From Deltaproteobacteria bacterium (GTDB lineage Bacteria; SAR324; NAC60-12), in assembly GCA_038150265.1 (NCBI GenBank), contig JAYOTF010000009.1, positions 57,813-91,388 of the forward strand: 33,576 nt of DNA. Reading direction: 5' to 3'. Made by a program: the position numbers and the translations under genes. Position 1 is the first letter of the stretch; each line of letters opens with the position of its first letter. Shown here in pieces: positions 29,782-33,576 of this stretch. Under the pieces are notes generated by a model. That model was not told the origin of the DNA and did no database searches. It saw only the letters and a list, made by a program, of their open reading frames with translations.

Positions 29782-30742
29782 TGAACAATTTCCGGATTTT
29801 CCCGCGTACATTCTCGGCATCACCAAGGAGATCTGGGAAGATCGGGGCCTGGCGACGCTGCACCGGTACTATGCTCCCGACCTGGTGGTCCGTTCGCCTT
29901 CCGGGGTTGTGGTGGGAAACGAGGGGGTCATTGCGGCAACGATGGCCACCCTTGCCGAGTTTCCGGACCGGCAGTTGCTCGGCGAAGACGTCATCTGGTC
30001 CGGAACCCCGGAGACCGGAATGCTCTCCTCGCACCGCATCTTCTCGACGGCGACTCATGCCGGCTCCGGAATCTATGGCGCGGCCTCCGGGAAGCCGTTC
30101 CGCTACCGCATCATTGCCGACTGTCATGCGATTGGGAACCAGATCAACGACGAGTGGCTGATCCGGGATCAGGGCGCGATTGTCCGTCAGCTGGGGCTCC
30201 TTCCGGAGGCGTATGCGCGCGAGCAGATTGCTCAGGAAGGAGGCCCCGAGCAGGCCCAGCGTCCCCTCACTCCTGAAACCGACCTGCCCGGACCCTACAC
30301 CGGACGTGGCAATGAAAACGAGTGGGGCCTCCGGTATGCAGACCTGCTGACGCGGGTGATGCAGGCCGACTTTGCTGCCATTCCTCAGGCGTACGACCGC
30401 GCCTGCCAGCTGGAGCACCCTGGTGGAGTGACCGCACATGGTCCGGCTGCCGCCGATCAGTTCTGGATGAGCCTGCGCGCCGCGTTTCCTTCAGCGACGT
30501 TTCAAGTGGAGCATGTGATCGGACGCGAGGACCCGCTGATGCCTCCACGTGCAGCGGTCCGTTGGTCCCTGCAGGGGCGGCACGACGGCTGGGGCGGGTT
30601 CGGACGCCCGACAGGCGCTGAGGTGTACGTGCTGGGCATCAGTCATGCCGAGTTCGGACCGTGGGGCCTGCGGCGCGAGTACGTGCTTTATGACGAAACG
30701 GCCATCTGGAAGCAGCTGCTGCTTGCCTCCGGAGCCCTCTGA
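29768..30742 (+). CDS. Tandem NTF2/SnoaL-like protein, 324 aa
   Basis: TLAEFPDRQLLGEDVIWSG...ATHAG...NDEWLIRD in the first half; LRAAFPSA...GRHDG..GRPTGAEV...REYVLYDE in the second half. GGAGG RBS. Confidence 0.85.
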   Translation: MHGFDEQFPDFPAYILGITKEIWEDRGLATLHRYYAPDLVVRSPSGVVVGNEGVIAATMATLAEFPDRQLLGEDVIWSGTPETGMLSSHRIFSTATHAGSGIYGAASGKPFRYRIIADCHAIGNQINDEWLIRDQGAIVRQLGLLPEAYAREQIAQEGGPEQAQRPLTPETDLPGPYTGRGNENEWGLRYADLLTRVMQADFAAIPQAYDRACQLEHPGGVTAHGPAAADQFWMSLRAAFPSATFQVEHVIGREDPLMPPRAAVRWSLQGRHDGWGGFGRPTGAEVYVLGISHAEFGPWGLRREYVLYDETAIWKQLLLASGAL

Positions 30743-30776
30743 CGTCCTTCGCCTCCAACCTGAATTCGGATTTGGT

Positions 30777-31751
30777 ATGACCCCCCTGGAACTTGAGGCC
30801 CGCATCGTCCGCTACGGCGACCTGCGTCCCTGCAAGAGTGCCTTCATTGACGCCCATACTCCCGGAAGCGACCAGAAGGAAAACTTCACCATCATCGGCG
30901 GCGGTGTTTCGGAGAGTCCGGACCAGCACGTGCACCTGCGTGAGACGCCCGGCTTCAACATTGGCGCGGCGGGACAACCGCCCAAGTGCTTCAATTCCCT
31001 GCACAGCCACCGGACGGCAGAGGTGTTCTTTGTCCTCAAGGGACGCTGGCGCTTCTTCTGGGGACGCTGGGGGAAGGCGGGAGAGGTGGTGCTGGAAGAG
31101 GGGGACCTGATCAACATTCCGACCGGCCTCTTCCGGGGCTTCGAAAACGTGGGCTCCGACTATGGCATGATCATGTCCATTCTGGGAGGCAACGATGCGG
31201 GCGGTGGGGTGATCTGGGCGCCACAGGTCATTGAGGCGGCGCAGGACTACGGCCTCATCCTGGGCGAAAACGGAGTGCTGTACGACCAGAAGCAGGGGCA
31301 GGTGCTTCCGGAAGGCGTCCGCCCCATGCCCCTGCTGACGGAAGAAGAGCTGCAGGCCTTCCCGGAACCGGGACCCGAGGACGTGATTCCGCACTTCATT
31401 GCCCGGTACTGGGACCTGATGGCCCTGGCGCGTCAGCGACCGGTGACCGTGATTGGTCCCGAGGGCTGGCTGCGCGACCGTCCCGGGTTTGAGGTCGAAT
31501 TCCTCACCCGAGGCTCGGGGGCGGAGGTGCCTCAGGCGCGGGGCCGACAGGAGGTGCTGATGCCGATGCGTGGGCACTGGCGCTTGAGCTGGGACGCCGG
31601 TGCCGTGACGCTCAACCCCGGGGACACCTGCTTGCTGCCGGCCCACCTGGAGCATGCCCTGGCCCCCACCATGAGCGGTGAAGCGAGCCTGTTTCGCATT
31701 TTTCAAACGGAGGATCCGGCTGGACCCACCCAAACCCTGAAAGGAGCCTGA
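30777..31751 (+). CDS. Tandem cupin-domain protein
   Basis: First cupin has the metal-binding motif NSLHSHRTAEVFFVLKG...EGDLINIPTGLFRGFEN; the second cupin is degenerate (QEVLMPMRG...NPGDTCLLPAHLEH). Confidence 0.85.
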   Translation: MTPLELEARIVRYGDLRPCKSAFIDAHTPGSDQKENFTIIGGGVSESPDQHVHLRETPGFNIGAAGQPPKCFNSLHSHRTAEVFFVLKGRWRFFWGRWGKAGEVVLEEGDLINIPTGLFRGFENVGSDYGMIMSILGGNDAGGGVIWAPQVIEAAQDYGLILGENGVLYDQKQGQVLPEGVRPMPLLTEEELQAFPEPGPEDVIPHFIARYWDLMALARQRPVTVIGPEGWLRDRPGFEVEFLTRGSGAEVPQARGRQEVLMPMRGHWRLSWDAGAVTLNPGDTCLLPAHLEHALAPTMSGEASLFRIFQTEDPAGPTQTLKGA

Positions 31752-32869
31752 TGCCTGTTGCCACCACCCATGTGGGGAGCTTGCCCCGCAGCCAGAAAGT
31801 GGTTGATTTCCTCTTCCTTCGCGAGCGCGGAGAGGCGTATGACCCGGACGCGTTTGATGCCTGCATGACCGAGGCGGTCTCGGAAGTGGTGCGGCGTCAG
31901 GTAGAAGCCGGGGTGCAGATCGTCTCAGACGGCGAGACCTCGAAGATCAGCTACGCCACCTACGTCAAGGACCGCTACACCGGATTTGCCGGAGACAGTC
32001 CCCGGAATGCTCCAGCGGACCTGAAGCAGTTTCCGACCTTCCTGGAACGCATTGCTCAGTCAGGGGGGACCCCAACGTATGCCCGCCCGATGTGTGTGGG
32101 GGAGGTGCGGCCTCGGGGGCAGGGTGAGCTGCAGAAGGACATTGCGAACCTGAAAGCGGCCATGGCGGCACACGGGGCGCAGGAAGGCTTCATGAATGCC
32201 GCATCTCCAGGCGTGATTTCGCTGTTTCTGCCCAACGACTTTTACCCGAGCCGTGAGGCGTACCTGCAGGCGTTGGCCACTGCCATGGCCGACGAGTACC
32301 GCACGATTCTGGATTCCGGACTGTACCTGCAGCTGGACTGTCCGGATCTGGCGCTCTCGCGGCACATGCTCTTTGCCGACCTGTCCGACGAGGCATTTCT
32401 GCAGGTGGCGGCGCTGCACGTGGAGGCCCTGCATCAGGCTCTTGAGGGCCTGCCCCAGGACCGCATTCGGCTCCACATCTGCTGGGGCAACTACGAAGGC
32501 CCGCACGTGTGTGACATTGACATGGCCAAGGTCTTTGACACGCTCATGACGGTACCGGCGCAGTACCTGCTCTTTGAAACGGCGAACCCCCGGCACGGAC
32601 ACGAGTGGACCGTGTTTCGAGACCGCGCCGCAGACATCCCTGACACCAAGGTGCTGGTGCCCGGAGTGGTGGACACGACCACCAACTTTGTGGAGCATCC
32701 GGAGCTGGTGCGGCAGCGCCTGGAACGGTTTGTCGACATCGTGGGCGCTGAGCGGGTGCTGGCCGGTTCCGACTGTGGCTTCGGCACCTTTGCCGGCTTT
32801 GGGGCCGTTGATCCCGAGATCGCCTGGGCCAAGCTGGCCACCCTTGCTGCCGGCGCCCAGCGCGTCTGA
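31751..32869 (+). CDS. Cobalamin-independent methionine synthase II-like / epoxyalkane:CoM transferase family Zn enzyme (C-terminal MetE domain only)
   Basis: TTHVGSLPR, VSDGE, LQLDCP, Zn ligands HICWGN...E...DCGF, and VEHPELV; 372 aa. Confidence 0.9.
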   Translation: MPVATTHVGSLPRSQKVVDFLFLRERGEAYDPDAFDACMTEAVSEVVRRQVEAGVQIVSDGETSKISYATYVKDRYTGFAGDSPRNAPADLKQFPTFLERIAQSGGTPTYARPMCVGEVRPRGQGELQKDIANLKAAMAAHGAQEGFMNAASPGVISLFLPNDFYPSREAYLQALATAMADEYRTILDSGLYLQLDCPDLALSRHMLFADLSDEAFLQVAALHVEALHQALEGLPQDRIRLHICWGNYEGPHVCDIDMAKVFDTLMTVPAQYLLFETANPRHGHEWTVFRDRAADIPDTKVLVPGVVDTTTNFVEHPELVRQRLERFVDIVGAERVLAGSDCGFGTFAGFGAVDPEIAWAKLATLAAGAQRV

Positions 32870-32891
32870 TCCTCCCGGACCCGGCGTCCGG

Positions 32892-33113
32892 TCAGTGGAT
32901 CCGGGTTTCGTCGTACTCTCCAATGATGCTGTTGCGCAGGTAGGAACCGACGGAAGACGCCTTCATCAGCGCTCGGTACACGCGTTCCGGAACCTCGGTG
33001 TAGGCCCAGATCTGGCCCCGTCGAAAGACCACCTCGAGCGTCCGGGTTTCGCGGTCGTATCCCACGGCATAGACCATGGACGAGTTTTGAACCTTGGTCA
33101 GGGTCTTGATCAT
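32892..33113 (-). CDS. KTSC domain protein
   Basis: SSMVYAVGYDRETRTLEVVFRRGQIWAYTEVPERVYRALMKASSVGSYLRNSI is a close match to the KTSC pattern. Confidence 0.9.
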   Translation of the reverse strand: MIKTLTKVQNSSMVYAVGYDRETRTLEVVFRRGQIWAYTEVPERVYRALMKASSVGSYLRNSIIGEYDETRIH

Positions 33114-33483
33114 GAGGACGTTTTCATGAAAGAAGGTTGCGATTCAGTGGAGGCCCCACGGCATCCACGATGGCAATTCTCCAGGAATGATTTTGTCAAG
33201 AAAAGATATATTTGAAGCAATTGGGCGCTTCATGCTCAATCAGTTCCTGGTTTAGCTGACTCAATCAGCAGGCCAGAAGGGCACCATCGGGCACCAAACA
33301 ACCGAACCGCTGAGGCGCCATGGGTTGTCCTGAGGCATCTATTGACTCTTCAGAGGTTTAGGAGGACCCTAGCGGAGGACCAACAGGCCGCTCACCTCCT
33401 GCTGACACGGAACCCAGGGCAATCGCCTGAAACAAATGGGTGGCAGAATGGGCTTAGCGGTTTTGTGGGGATGCCGTTTGGTG

Positions 33484-33567
33484 GTCATCCCAGCGCAGGC
33501 TGGGATCCAGTCCTTGAACCAGTTGCCTTCGCTTCCTTGACTGGATTCTCGCCTTCGCGAGAATGAC
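33484..33567. repeat. REP/dRS3-like palindromic dimer (inverted pair of hairpin units)
   Basis: Left unit GTCATCCCAGCGCAGGCTGGGATCCAGTC; reverse complement of the right unit GTCATTCTCGCGAAGGCGAGAATCCAGTC. Each unit has an internal 8-bp hairpin; spacer about 26 nt. Confidence 0.75.
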
Positions 33568-33576
33568 GGACCTTTC

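Noticed and set aside
33279..33295. GGGCACCA as a tRNA 3' end or att site
   Set aside because: No cloverleaf or T-loop (GTTCGA) upstream and no integrase in the window.
33342..33566. 74-aa plus-strand ORF
   Set aside because: TTG start without an RBS, no motif, and it runs through the REP-like element.

Overview
GC-rich (roughly 63% by eye) bacterial chromosomal segment with about 31 protein-coding genes and no rRNA, tRNA, CRISPR array, integrase or intact transposase. The gene style is compatible with a deltaproteobacterial or SAR324-like organism, but that is inference only. The left part (1-19.8 kb) is mostly housekeeping: purA, proC, lpxH-like, methylmalonyl-CoA mutase plus meaB, pyrD, gabD and an acyl-CoA carboxylase alpha subunit. 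Mixed in are several odd genes: a degenerate homocysteine-methyltransferase-fold protein missed by the ORF track, a CBS-DUF294 nucleotidyltransferase, an outer-membrane barrel/lipoprotein pair, a HEAT/Zn-ribbon/TPR protein, a TerB-like protein, a stand-alone CobN N-terminal domain and a 4xHTH protein. The right part (19.8-32.9 kb) is a divergently transcribed, 13-gene catabolic island for an unknown substrate, probably LacI-controlled. It encodes four SnoaL/NTF2-fold proteins, a sugar-type ABC importer without an ATPase, an RraA-family aldolase, an HpsN-like HisD paralogue, an SDR, a tandem cupin and a half-size Zn-thiol-activating MetE-like enzyme, and two LacI-type operators lie in its divergent promoter. 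The window ends with a KTSC gene and a REP-like palindromic dimer. Across the whole window the palindrome TCCGGA is strongly over-represented, reminiscent of HIP1.
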